Virus record (IMG/VR): IMGVR_UViG_3300043446_005562
Coordinates: 1 to 64,000 of that record
DNA: 64,000 nucleotides
Reading direction: 5' to 3' (one strand)
The notes beneath the pieces are model-generated. The model ran no database searches. It saw nothing but the letters and a program-made list of their open reading frames with translations, and was not told the DNA's origin. The translations under genes and the position numbers were made by a program. Shown here piece by piece: positions 1 to 8,196 of this stretch (positions within the stretch are counted from its first letter, which is position 1; every line of letters begins with the position of its first letter).

Positions 1-201
1 CCGGTACTCTTTCCAATCGTATACGGTAAAGACCTCTCCGGTTCGGGTCTCGCAGGTCCAGTCGAAATTGACCTTGTCCTCACCCGTATTATCCGAGTAC
101 TGGGGCGCGCCCAGCATTTCAATGAGGTCGTTTACTGAACACACAAAGACGGTATCGTGAAAGGAAGTGCCGCTTGCTGATTTACTTGATAGTGTTGCCA
201 T
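1..201 (-). CDS. conserved phage hypothetical protein, 3' end cut by window edge
   Basis: Hand translation from ATG at 201: MATLSSKSASGTSFHDTVF...DKVNFDWTC...VFTVYDWKEYR. Open to position 1; early promoter at 227-259. Confidence 0.75.
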   Translation of the reverse strand, partial: MATLSSKSASGTSFHDTVFVCSVNDLIEMLGAPQYSDNTGEDKVNFDWTCETRTGEVFTVYDWKEYR

Positions 202-288
202 GGTCTGATTGTTTTAAGGTTATGGAGTAAATATAAGTATTTTATTTGACACGGAAAAATTTTTATGTCAAAAGTTATTAACAATTGG

Positions 289-582
289 CTAGGCCTTGCG
301 AACCTCAACCCTTTCGATTCGGGTTAGGCTGCCGATCGGCGACCACATGGCCTCCTCAAACGAAGAGTATTTTGACCTGTCCCAGAGCCAGACCCGGCCG
401 TCGCGTTTACAGATTTCTCGAGCAGCGCGCTCGGTCAGGCTAGCCTCGGAAAGCCGGCCTTCAAATAGAGCATGCGCATATACTGTCTTAAAGGTTGCGC
501 TTACGCAGACGGGTCTCTCTGTCTCTCCTGCTCGAGAGGTAAGGAGCCAGACCTGTCTGCTTTTTCGGGTTGGACTAGGCAT
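289..582 (-). CDS. hypothetical protein (97 aa)
   Basis: ATG start, same strand as neighbours. Confidence 0.6.
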   Translation of the reverse strand: MPSPTRKSRQVWLLTSRAGETERPVCVSATFKTVYAHALFEGRLSEASLTERAAREICKRDGRVWLWDRSKYSSFEEAMWSPIGSLTRIERVEVRKA

Positions 583-685
583 TTAACTTATCTTTTTTCT
601 GGATTTAACACGCAGTAGATGCAGAAGCCTATACAGATTAGGGATATTATCGCGCACATAGATATAATTGATTACTGGATTTATA

Positions 686-937
686 TTACCCAAGTTCTTC
701 GCTTAACCTCTTAAGGTCCGCGCATTTCTCGTACTGTTCCTTCTTCTCAAAGTGGGAGATCATGGTCCAGATAGCCTGCTTCTTCTCGTCGATTGGGGCA
801 CCGTCGTGTACAACATCCCGGAATTCTCCGGCCAAGGCTTCGTAAAGCCTGTCCATGAATCCGTCGTAGTCGGTCTCTCGAAGCCGGATAAGCTCCAGCA
901 GAATATCATGGTAGTTGCGATTCTTTTTAGTTGACAT
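686..937 (-). CDS. small protein with C-terminal UvrB/UvrC (UVR)-like motif
   Basis: FEKKEQYEKCADLKR resembles the UVR motif. Confidence 0.65.
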   Translation of the reverse strand: MSTKKNRNYHDILLELIRLRETDYDGFMDRLYEALAGEFRDVVHDGAPIDEKKQAIWTMISHFEKKEQYEKCADLKRLSEELG

Positions 938-1004
938 ATCTTTATTTATACTTTTTATTCTGATTCACCCAGCGTGAATGGTATCCTCTTTATAATATAA
1001 TACT

Positions 1005-1037
1005 AAAAAAGGGGTTTCGGATTACCAAGACCCCTTT
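1005..1037 (-). terminator. intrinsic terminator
   Basis: AAAGGGGT/ACCCCTTT stem with T-run on minus strand, after gene 1056-1382. Confidence 0.6.
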
Positions 1038-1055
1038 AATAATGGATTGCATCCG

Positions 1056-1382
1056 CTATATGAATTGGGTTAGGAATCCCGTCGGCCAGCCCGCTTCGTC
1101 CATCTCAAAGTCCATGTCGATCTGAATCATGTCCGAATAGATGCTTATTTTCTGCCACCCATCCATTAGGCGGAAGCAGTTTGAGATCAATTGATCTACC
1201 GATTCGTCGGGTACAAACTCATCGTCCAGCCTGACGGATCCATCGTCCAACGTTTGGATGTCAACGTTTAGGTACTCTCGCATTATGTCTATTGCATCTT
1301 CAGCTTTAAGCTCGGCTAGATAAGCATCGACCTGGCCGAATGCTTCGGAGATTTCAATTCTGAATAATTCTGGATTTCTCAT
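1056..1382 (-). CDS. acidic hypothetical protein (108 aa)
   Basis: ATG start, followed by terminator. Confidence 0.75.
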   Translation of the reverse strand: MRNPELFRIEISEAFGQVDAYLAELKAEDAIDIMREYLNVDIQTLDDGSVRLDDEFVPDESVDQLISNCFRLMDGWQKISIYSDMIQIDMDFEMDEAGWPTGFLTQFI

Positions 1383-1562
1383 CTTTGTCTGGATTTAGGG
1401 TTTATAAAAGAACAGAATACAGGTCAACACGACCGCGATTGCTATTATCAACAGCGCGCCATTGATGAAGGCGTCTCGCTTAAGCGCTTTAACTTCTTTT
1501 TCTGAAAATTTCTTTTGCATAGTGTATAGAGTTAATTATTATTGATTGTACTATTATTTGGA

Positions 1563-1985
1563 TTAAACGTTCTCGACAAAGGCATAGTCTGCCCATGACT
1601 TGGCCCCTGCTGCACGGTAGTTGGCTTGGCTGTATAGATTAGTATTGCTCCAATCTTGATTTATGTCGCCCACCTTCATGGTTAAGAAGAGTTCAGTATC
1701 CATAAGGATTACCTTATTACCCTTACGCGCGAACACCGTCAGCCAGGAATCCGTGCCTTCGGCCTTGAATTGAATTGTTTGCAGAGCTCCCTTCTTGAAT
1801 CCGCGAAATACATCGATCGCGCGTTTCCATTCCGGCCCGCTTTGCCAATTGGCCTGCACGCCAAGATCGTCGACAACTGTCAAGAAGCCGGCCTGCACCT
1901 TAACGATTGCTCTGAACTCTCCTTTGCTAGAGCCGATGAAATCGACCTGATTGATTCCTTCTAAATTAATGATTTGGTTTTTCAT
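1563..1985 (-). CDS. hypothetical protein (140 aa)
   Basis: ATG directly behind early promoter at 2008. Confidence 0.8.
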   Translation of the reverse strand: MKNQIINLEGINQVDFIGSSKGEFRAIVKVQAGFLTVVDDLGVQANWQSGPEWKRAIDVFRGFKKGALQTIQFKAEGTDSWLTVFARKGNKVILMDTELFLTMKVGDINQDWSNTNLYSQANYRAAGAKSWADYAFVENV

Positions 1986-2060
1986 GGTTTGATTGATTTT
2001 GGTTTAAGTAAATATAATACTTTTTCTTGACACGGAAAAATTTATTTTAAAATATTTTCT

Positions 2061-2369
2061 TTAAATCCACTGTGAACCTAGATGGCTGCAGGTCGGGGAA
2101 TACTTCTCGAGCAGGCTGGCTCCAACCTGCAGCAGAAAGCCGGATGGGGTTATGCTCCTGATCGGGCTGTCCTTATCGATTACGACCGAGCCCAGCTGAT
2201 TGCCACGGCTGTCCAGGGTCAGGACGTAGCTGCCGTCTCGAACAAGCAGAAAATCCGAACAGAATCCCTGTAGCTGGGCGCTTGACGCAATTTGAGTCCA
2301 GCCAATTTCCTGACCGGACTCGTCTAGTATTTGGAGGCTAGTACCTCGCTGTATAACATTACCTATCAT
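2061..2369 (-). CDS. hypothetical protein (102 aa)
   Basis: ATGA overlap with upstream ORF. Confidence 0.7.
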   Translation of the reverse strand: MIGNVIQRGTSLQILDESGQEIGWTQIASSAQLQGFCSDFLLVRDGSYVLTLDSRGNQLGSVVIDKDSPIRSITPSGFLLQVGASLLEKYSPTCSHLGSQWI

Positions 2370-2584
2370 GCTCTTGTTTTTGAATTTTTAATACACTCGT
2401 TAAACTCTTCTTCCGACAGGTCTGGCGTATCTTCCGTAACAAGCTTTAGTAGGGTTGCGGCTTCTATCTGTGTTACTAGGGAGTCCCTATCCACCCGGCC
2501 CGCGAATGGATCGCCTTCGGAAAATAGAATCTCAACTGCGGTCTCGGCCCAGAAGCGGGCTTCAAATTGGGTTGTCATTATCAT
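2366..2584 (-). CDS. hypothetical protein (72 aa)
   Basis: ATGA overlaps on both sides, coupled to sigma gene. Confidence 0.7.
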   Translation of the reverse strand: MIMTTQFEARFWAETAVEILFSEGDPFAGRVDRDSLVTQIEAATLLKLVTEDTPDLSEEEFNECIKNSKTRA

Positions 2585-3300
2585 ACGCCTACCTCCTTTC
2601 TCATTTTAGCGCGGGCAACCTTTAGCGCGCGATTAACTTCGACTGGGGTTTTACCAACGGCTTCCGCAACCTCCTTGGTGGAGAGCCCGTCTCCAACGAG
2701 ACCGTAGAACAGCTCCACGATTTGACGTTCGGTTGGTTTAAGAACGTTAAGTACTCTACGGAGTATTCTGGTTTGGTCCTCACTTTCGAATGGGTCTTGG
2801 AAATCTTCTCTCAACAAGAGATCGCCGACCGTATCCTCACCGTCCTCGCCGATTGGGCGGTCCAATTGGATGTTACGCATGTTGATGCTTTCGCCTGCCA
2901 TCTTGCGTTTGTAAAGATCGTATTCCTGATTTACCGGAATTCGAACGGTACGACCGATCTCGCAAAGAGCAAGGTTTAATCTCTTACGTATCCAGAACTG
3001 GGCGTAGGTAATAAACTTCACGTCTTTATCTGGGGTAAAACGACGAGCGGCTTCGATAAGACCCGCATTACCCTCTTGAATTAGGTCATCGATGGAAAGA
3101 CCCATACCGATAAACTTATTCGCAAGCGTAACAACGAATTTTAGATTTGCTTGTACTAATTGCTGTAGCGCGCGATCGTCTCCCTTTTGGATACGTGCTG
3201 CTAATTGAAGCTCCTCAGCTTTGGTGAGAGGAACTGCTACTGATGCAATATCCTTGAAGTATTGCGGTAGGCTTTCTGATGTTTCGAATCTTTTCGACAT
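2581..3300 (-). CDS. RNA polymerase sigma-70 factor, RpoD-like, lacking region 1.1
   Basis: Region 1.2 (SLPQYFKDI), region 2 (LVQANLKFVV, DDLIQEGNAGLIEAARRF, FITYAQFWIR), region 4 HTH (LKPTERQIVELFYGL...STKEVAEAVG). Confidence 0.93.
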   Translation of the reverse strand: MSKRFETSESLPQYFKDIASVAVPLTKAEELQLAARIQKGDDRALQQLVQANLKFVVTLANKFIGMGLSIDDLIQEGNAGLIEAARRFTPDKDVKFITYAQFWIRKRLNLALCEIGRTVRIPVNQEYDLYKRKMAGESINMRNIQLDRPIGEDGEDTVGDLLLREDFQDPFESEDQTRILRRVLNVLKPTERQIVELFYGLVGDGLSTKEVAEAVGKTPVEVNRALKVARAKMRKEVGV

Positions 3301-3392
3301 GGTTGATTTGGTTTAGTTGATTATTATAATGTAAATATAAACAATATTTTTGACAAGTAAAAACTTTTTGTGAATTATTTTCAAAAAAGTTA

Positions 3393-3611
3393 TTAACGTT
3401 TTTTAGACCATTCGGCAATTACTTCACAACCATAAAATCCATGGGAGCCAAAGCCAAAGGAGTCTCCGGGTTTTGGCGAACAAAGCACAACCATTTGATT
3501 CCACCTAGATTTCTTTTCTTCGCTAAAGGATTCCTTTGCTTGGTCAAGATTGTCAAATAGATTGTAAGAGTCTCCATCCTCGGAGCAAGAAATTAAAAGA
3601 TACATTTTCAT
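3393..3611 (-). CDS. hypothetical protein (72 aa)
   Basis: Own early promoter; stop codon lies inside GTTATTAAC box. Confidence 0.7.
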   Translation of the reverse strand: MKMYLLISCSEDGDSYNLFDNLDQAKESFSEEKKSRWNQMVVLCSPKPGDSFGFGSHGFYGCEVIAEWSKKR

Positions 3612-3701
3612 AGTTTATTAGTTTAATTGATTAATATAAGTAAATATAACAATAATACTTGACAGTAAAAAACTTTTTGTGAATTATTTTCAAAAAAGTT
3701 A

Positions 3702-3941
3702 TTAACATACGAACCACTGTCCGCAGTTACGGCACTCAGAAGCATCGTCGACTCTAAAAGCCCTGATTATCCATGACCACTTGTCCGAGTTAGTTGGTTC
3801 CTGTGGGTCCGCATAGACCTCTCTTGCCTCGCAGTGAGGGCAACATAGACCCTGTGGATTTGGTTCTGAACTACCGGTTCTTTCGATTATTAATCGCTTC
3901 ATTTCCGGATTTTTGATTTCTGATAGGTTTGATGTCTGCAT
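3702..3941 (-). CDS. zinc-ribbon protein
   Basis: CPHC...CRNC; own promoter; stop inside box. Confidence 0.75.
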   Translation of the reverse strand: MQTSNLSEIKNPEMKRLIIERTGSSEPNPQGLCCPHCEAREVYADPQEPTNSDKWSWIIRAFRVDDASECRNCGQWFVC

Positions 3942-4002
3942 GATTGATTTGATTGGTTAGTAAGTAAATATAACAATAATTCTTGACACGAAAAAATTTA
4001 TT

Positions 4003-4353
4003 TTACAGAAAATTATTCAATTTGATTTTACGTTTCTCCGTGTACTTCATACGGCCGAAATTCTTGAAACGAAATAGGAAGTCCATTTCACGAAGCACGT
4101 CCCTACCGTAGGTCTTTGAGAGTCTGGTCTCGATAAGTTCAAGCTTCTTATTCCATTTATGAATTGACTGATTACCTTCAAGCATTGCTTTACGTAGAAC
4201 ATCAACACTAAAGCCAGGCCTCTCGCAGTACATCTCCTCTCTCCAGTCAGAGATGTTGTCTGCCATTGCATCAATTTGGCGAGTCAATTGATATACTTCC
4301 TTTACTTGTACATTGCTTGCGTAGAGAGTTGGTATCTTTTTTCTTTTTCCCAT
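4003..4353 (-). CDS. basic hypothetical protein (116 aa)
   Basis: Own early promoter at 4377. Confidence 0.75.
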   Translation of the reverse strand: MGKRKKIPTLYASNVQVKEVYQLTRQIDAMADNISDWREEMYCERPGFSVDVLRKAMLEGNQSIHKWNKKLELIETRLSKTYGRDVLREMDFLFRFKNFGRMKYTEKRKIKLNNFL

Positions 4354-4445
4354 AGTTTTAGTTTTTTTAGGTTTAAGTAAACATAAACAATTACTTTGAC
4401 ACGGAAAAATTTTTGTGAATTATTTTTCAAAAATTATTAACAGCG

Positions 4446-4469
4446 AAAAGGGGTCCTACCACGGACCCC
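4446..4469 (-). terminator. intrinsic terminator
   Basis: GGGGTCC/GGACCCC 7-bp stem plus T-run on minus strand. Confidence 0.7.
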
Positions 4470-4503
4470 AGTTCTATCAATCAACCAAGTAATATTTTAT
4501 TTT

Positions 4504-4785
4504 CTAATTTAGATGGATACCTGTCTCTCGCAACAGGTTCTCTAACTCTATCTCTGAGTCTGACATGCCCTGTTGACGCTTGACCTGCTTCATGCAGAAC
4601 TGCATTAACAGTTGAGTAAGCTCATGTGTGCTGCGCTCGTCCTGGGTTGCGGACAGGAGGGTTATTAATCCATTTCCGATTAGGATGAGCTCGGGGTCAG
4701 AGGTCTTTAATCCGCCCGCGATTAGGCTGTTGGCTAGGGTTTCGAGCTCGGCTCGGGTTTTCTCTCTTATCTCTTTTCTGTTCAT
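4504..4785 (-). CDS. hypothetical protein (93 aa)
   Basis: ATG, helical composition. Confidence 0.75.
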   Translation of the reverse strand: MNRKEIREKTRAELETLANSLIAGGLKTSDPELILIGNGLITLLSATQDERSTHELTQLLMQFCMKQVKRQQGMSDSEIELENLLRETGIHLN

Positions 4786-4814
4786 GATCGATTGGTTATT
4801 GGTTAGGATTTATA

Positions 4815-5009
4815 TTACTCTTTTCCGATCGTGATGGTCTTGTTCATTGCATAGATTCTTTCCCAGAACTCGTTGTAACCAAGCTCCTGCTCTGGATTAA
4901 CCGTGCTCTGGGCTCTCGCGCCGCCGCCATAGGTTAAGTCAATGGGTTCTCCGATTGATGGATCGAAACCTTGTAGTCTGTCGATTAGGGATTTAAAGAT
5001 TTTCTTCAT
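4815..5009 (-). CDS. hypothetical protein (64 aa)
   Basis: ATG with A-rich leader. Confidence 0.65.
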   Translation of the reverse strand: MKKIFKSLIDRLQGFDPSIGEPIDLTYGGGARAQSTVNPEQELGYNEFWERIYAMNKTITIGKE

Positions 5010-5103
5010 GGTCTATTTGGATTTAATTGGTTACTTGATTAGATGCCAGCCGGGCCCTGTGCTTGGGCCTGGTCCTGGACTTGATGGGCTGTTTGGGTCT
5101 GCT

Positions 5104-5316
5104 TCATTTGGCTTTAGGAATTAAACGAATTAGCGATTGAGTTAATAGACCCGGATCTTCGTCGTACCGGCCGCGAGACCAGCCGTCTACCAGACTCTTT
5201 AGGTCTTTGGAATTCTTGGTTGAGATGCCGGATTCCTCGGCGGACTTGATCGTCTCGGCCGGAATATCCATCCACGTTTTCATTTCTCGGAGCATTGATG
5301 CTAGGGTTGTTGTCAT
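5104..5316 (-). CDS. hypothetical protein (70 aa)
   Basis: Own early promoter at 5339. Confidence 0.7.
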   Translation of the reverse strand: MTTTLASMLREMKTWMDIPAETIKSAEESGISTKNSKDLKSLVDGWSRGRYDEDPGLLTQSLIRLIPKAK

Positions 5317-5369
5317 AGTTTTTGGTTTGATTGATTAGTTAAATATAAGCATTTTAATTGACACGGGAA

Positions 5370-5933
5370 AATAAAGTTATTAACAGTTACTAGGGAGTCC
5401 GGCTAGACCCTTCGCCGCCAAGAACTGGATGCGCTCGATCCGGGCCTGCAATTCCGGCAGGTCCTGTGCCATGCTGTGCAGTATCTTTAGATCGCGTTTG
5501 CTCATGCTTGGCGCGGCCATGGCCAGCGCAACGTCAACTGGATTACCAAGCCGCATGGCCTCGAGAACAGGAGCAGAGCCGGCTGGGGAGATTGATCCTG
5601 GAATCTGGCAGTTTGCGCCGAATTCAAAGCGCCAAAAGCCGGGTCTGTTCCAGCTGTCGATGAGGTTGGCGTCCAGCATCTGACGTACTCGGCTTATGTG
5701 CTTGCTTGTCGTACGGCTGTACTTGCCATTTGTCACGAGCCGCGGTCTGCGGCCGAGCTCCTTTGCAAAGAACTCTACTGTTGCAACATGGGTTTCGTAG
5801 CTTATAACCCTGTCCCCGACTAGGAACAGGTTCTGCGCGATCTTTAGGGTTGGTTTGAGTTTCATGGTTTAAATATAATATTTTTTGTTGAGACCTGACA
5901 ATAAAGTTATTAACAGTTACTAGGGAGTCCGGC
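5370..5933. repeat. perfect 34-bp direct repeat (5370-5403, 5900-5933) flanking one gene-plus-promoter cassette
   Basis: AATAAAGTTATTAACAGTTACTAGGGAGTCCGGC read at both positions. Confidence 0.95.
5380..5865 (-). CDS. hypothetical protein (161 aa)
   Basis: ISYETHVA...YSRTTSKHI motif common in phage early proteins; C-terminus encoded by the direct repeat. Confidence 0.75.
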   Translation of the reverse strand: MKLKPTLKIAQNLFLVGDRVISYETHVATVEFFAKELGRRPRLVTNGKYSRTTSKHISRVRQMLDANLIDSWNRPGFWRFEFGANCQIPGSISPAGSAPVLEAMRLGNPVDVALAMAAPSMSKRDLKILHSMAQDLPELQARIERIQFLAAKGLAGLPSNC

Positions 5934-5938
5934 CGAAT

Positions 5939-6460
5939 CTATACAGATTCAACCGGTGCGAATACTTCATTGACATTAAAATCTCCTGAACGGCTGCTGT
6001 TGAGCATGCGCTCCAGGCAGACAGGCCCGAGAGCGGTGTGGATCGATTCCGGATGGGTAAGCGGTAATCCGCAAGCGCAGCATCTGCCCTCGTGGAATAG
6101 ACCTACACGACCGCGTAGAATCTCTGGATTCTTGATCGCTGACACGACCCAGCCTAGGGCGCGAGCTAAGCGTGAATCCGGTCTGACATTGCGGCCGAGC
6201 TTGACGTGCATTGTCTCGGCAAAGAGAGTGCCGGCGAACTGCGAGCTTTGTCGGCCGTCGTTAAGCAGGGAAATATCAACGTAATAGATCGGCAGCTTGA
6301 TCTTGCGATCCTGCTTGTCGCGCAGCTGCTTGATCTTCACGGTCATGTGGGTGCCTGCCGCAAGGTTACGGAACGTAAGCACCGCACGGCCGGCTAACGC
6401 GAGCTTGGGTAGGGCAAGCGGGTTAAGGTTCGGGCGGGGAATGTTTCTGTGGTTTCTCAT
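5939..6460 (-). CDS. DUF6011-like zinc-binding protein (173 aa)
   Basis: HEGRCCACGLPLTHPESIHTALGPVC; start moved to ATG at 6460 behind promoter 6484. Confidence 0.7.
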   Translation of the reverse strand: MRNHRNIPRPNLNPLALPKLALAGRAVLTFRNLAAGTHMTVKIKQLRDKQDRKIKLPIYYVDISLLNDGRQSSQFAGTLFAETMHVKLGRNVRPDSRLARALGWVVSAIKNPEILRGRVGLFHEGRCCACGLPLTHPESIHTALGPVCLERMLNSSRSGDFNVNEVFAPVESV

Positions 6461-6666
6461 GGTAGATTGGTTTAATTGATTAAGTAAATATAACCAATTA
6501 CTTTCAAATAAAAAAATTTTTTGTGAATTATTTTTCAAAAGTTATTAACAAAGTTATGGACACTGGCGGACTGAAGTGCAGGTCGGAGTATACCCTCTGC
6601 GATCCGGTTGGGGATCGAACCTTAAAAACCGGGCGCTGGGCCCGGTCCTATGGATTATCCGGCTCG

Positions 6667-6810
6667 TTAGAACTCGAAGGCTGAGGTTGAGGAGTAGTTG
6701 CCGGTTACAAGGTTCGCGATTGCGAACAGGATTCCTGATACTGCGATTGCTGCGACGCATACGGTCCAGACTTGCATTACGCGTAGGGCGATGATTTGTG
6801 GTTTGCTCAT
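6667..6810 (-). CDS. small membrane protein (47 aa, not in ORF track)
   Basis: MSKPQIIALRVMQVWTVCVAAIAVSGILFAIANLVTGNYSSTSAFEF; own promoter at 6840. Confidence 0.65.
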   Translation of the reverse strand: MSKPQIIALRVMQVWTVCVAAIAVSGILFAIANLVTGNYSSTSAFEF

Positions 6811-6883
6811 GGTAGATTTGATTGATTGGTTAAACATAGGTAAATATAATAATTATCTTTGAGACCTGAAAACTTTTTGTGAA

Positions 6884-7054
6884 TTATTTTCCAAAAGTTA
6901 TTAACATTTTTGCGGACATGCTGAAGAGCGCGGCGAAGGTAAATGCCAGAATCGGCAAGGTTTCTAGAGGTTGGGGAGTTACGACTAGGGCGATAAGACC
7001 CGCAGCGCTCGCAAAGAACACTGTTGCTAGGGCAAGGATTTCTAGTTTTTTCAT
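6884..7054 (-). CDS. small two-helix membrane protein (56 aa, not in ORF track)
   Basis: MKKLEILALATVFFASAAGLIALVVTPQPLETLPILAFTFAALFSMSAKMLITFGK; own promoter at 7078. Confidence 0.65.
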   Translation of the reverse strand: MKKLEILALATVFFASAAGLIALVVTPQPLETLPILAFTFAALFSMSAKMLITFGK

Positions 7055-7138
7055 GGTGTATAAATTAATTGGTTAAAGCTAATATAACCAAAAAACCCCA
7101 GACTAAAAAATCTGGGGTCATTTATTTTTCAAAAGTTA

Positions 7139-7429
7139 TTAACATTTCTGGCCGCAGTCCCGGCAACGCCAAAGCGTGAGACCGCTTTCGTGACGAACGG
7201 CCGCGTACTGATTCTTGTGCTGACACTCCGCTTCCTGCTCCGCATAGAGCTTTAAGCAGGCCGGACAGCCGATCGTCTCGAGACCGGAGAGCCTGGCCCA
7301 GTTGTTGCTTAGAGCTGGCGTGCCGCACAGGATTCCGTGTCCGCTTTTGTAGATGTGGGCTGTGTTACTCCACACGTTGCCCTTGTTGCCGAAGATGGAG
7401 AAGTTGGGTTTAAGGTCTTTTACTTGCAT
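7139..7429 (-). CDS. Cys/His-rich zinc-finger protein
   Basis: H..CG, CPAC, C.H, CRDC; own promoter; stop inside box. Confidence 0.75.
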   Translation of the reverse strand: MQVKDLKPNFSIFGNKGNVWSNTAHIYKSGHGILCGTPALSNNWARLSGLETIGCPACLKLYAEQEAECQHKNQYAAVRHESGLTLWRCRDCGQKC

Positions 7430-7511
7430 ATCGATCTTTTAATTGGTTAAGTAAATATAACAAAAAAACCCCAAACAAAAAAATCTGGGGTCATTTTCTT
7501 TTAAACTTTTT

Positions 7512-7598
7512 CTAGAGGCAATGCATAAGCAAGCCGTAAAGGCCAATGCCTGCCAAAAAGTAGATCAGGTTATTCAACCACTTTGGATATCTGTCCAT
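7512..7598 (-). CDS. possible 28-aa membrane peptide
   Basis: MDRYPKWLNNLIYFLAGIGLYGLLMHCL after an A-rich leader. Confidence 0.4.
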   Translation of the reverse strand: MDRYPKWLNNLIYFLAGIGLYGLLMHCL

Positions 7599-7626
7599 GC
7601 TTCTCGTGTTAGGTGTTAATAATGTC

Positions 7627-7917
7627 TTATTCAAAGAGACCTTCGGTCAGCTGCATGAAGTAATCGAAATAGAAGCCGTAGCCCGCCGCTCTTAGAGCCT
7701 TGCTTATCTGATGGGCAATGTGGCCTCTTGGCTCAGTATCGAATATCTCGCCGTGCTTCAAGGAGATCTTCTTCATGCCCTGCTTAATGAGATCCTGAAC
7801 CTCAACCCCTGTCACGCGACGTTGGCTCATTATCTTTTTGGTTATCTTGTCTACTAGACTTTGGCAGGCTCTTTCTCCTGCGTCTGAAAACATCTCGTAA
7901 TAGGGTTTCTTTTCCAT
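7627..7917 (-). CDS. hypothetical protein (96 aa)
   Basis: ATG; TATAAT-like element upstream. Confidence 0.75.
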   Translation of the reverse strand: MEKKPYYEMFSDAGERACQSLVDKITKKIMSQRRVTGVEVQDLIKQGMKKISLKHGEIFDTEPRGHIAHQISKALRAAGYGFYFDYFMQLTEGLFE

Positions 7918-7957
7918 GGTCTAATGTGGTTTGGTTAATATTATATTACCATAGGGG

Positions 7958-8119
7958 CTAGGCCTCGGGTCCGATGAGGTCCCAGGCAGTTTCGCCGGTC
8001 GGCTGGCCCCTGAAGGTAATTTCGTAGTTGGGGTCCTGGCCGCTCTCGACGATATCGGCTAAGAGGGCCGGTAGGGTTGGGAATTCCTTTTGGTAGTAGG
8101 CGCAGTCTAATGAATACAT
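7958..8119 (-). CDS. hypothetical protein (53 aa, not in ORF track)
   Basis: MYSLDCAYYQKEFPTLPALLADIVESGQDPNYEITFRGQPTGETAWDLIGPEA; promoter at 8145. Confidence 0.7.
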   Translation of the reverse strand: MYSLDCAYYQKEFPTLPALLADIVESGQDPNYEITFRGQPTGETAWDLIGPEA

Positions 8120-8196
8120 ATAAAAAGATTTAATTGGTTAGGATACAAATATAACCAAAATACTTGACACGGAAAAATTTATTTTAACCAATTTCT

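Larger units (their letters stand above)
274..7143. repeat. dispersed GTTATTAAC(A) box (9 copies), often paired with an inverted TGTGAATTA box
   Basis: GTTATTAAC at 274, 3389, 3698, 4433 (A variant), 5376, 5906, 6541, 6897, 7135. TGTGAATTA at 3369, 3678, 4414, 6522, 6878. Confidence 0.9.
227..8177 (-). promoter_or_regulatory. 13 copies of an early promoter (minus-strand consensus TTTTTCCGTGTCAA-N9-10-TTATATTTAC)
   Basis: Plus-strand GTAAATATAA (usually followed by TTGACACGGAAAAA or a variant) at about 227, 2008, 3331, 3640, 3964, 4377, 5339, 5869, 6484, 6840, 7078, 7451, 8145. Each lies 4-40 nt upstream of a minus-strand ATG. The -7 box resembles Bacteroidota TAnnTTTG (exact at 8146). Confidence 0.85.
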
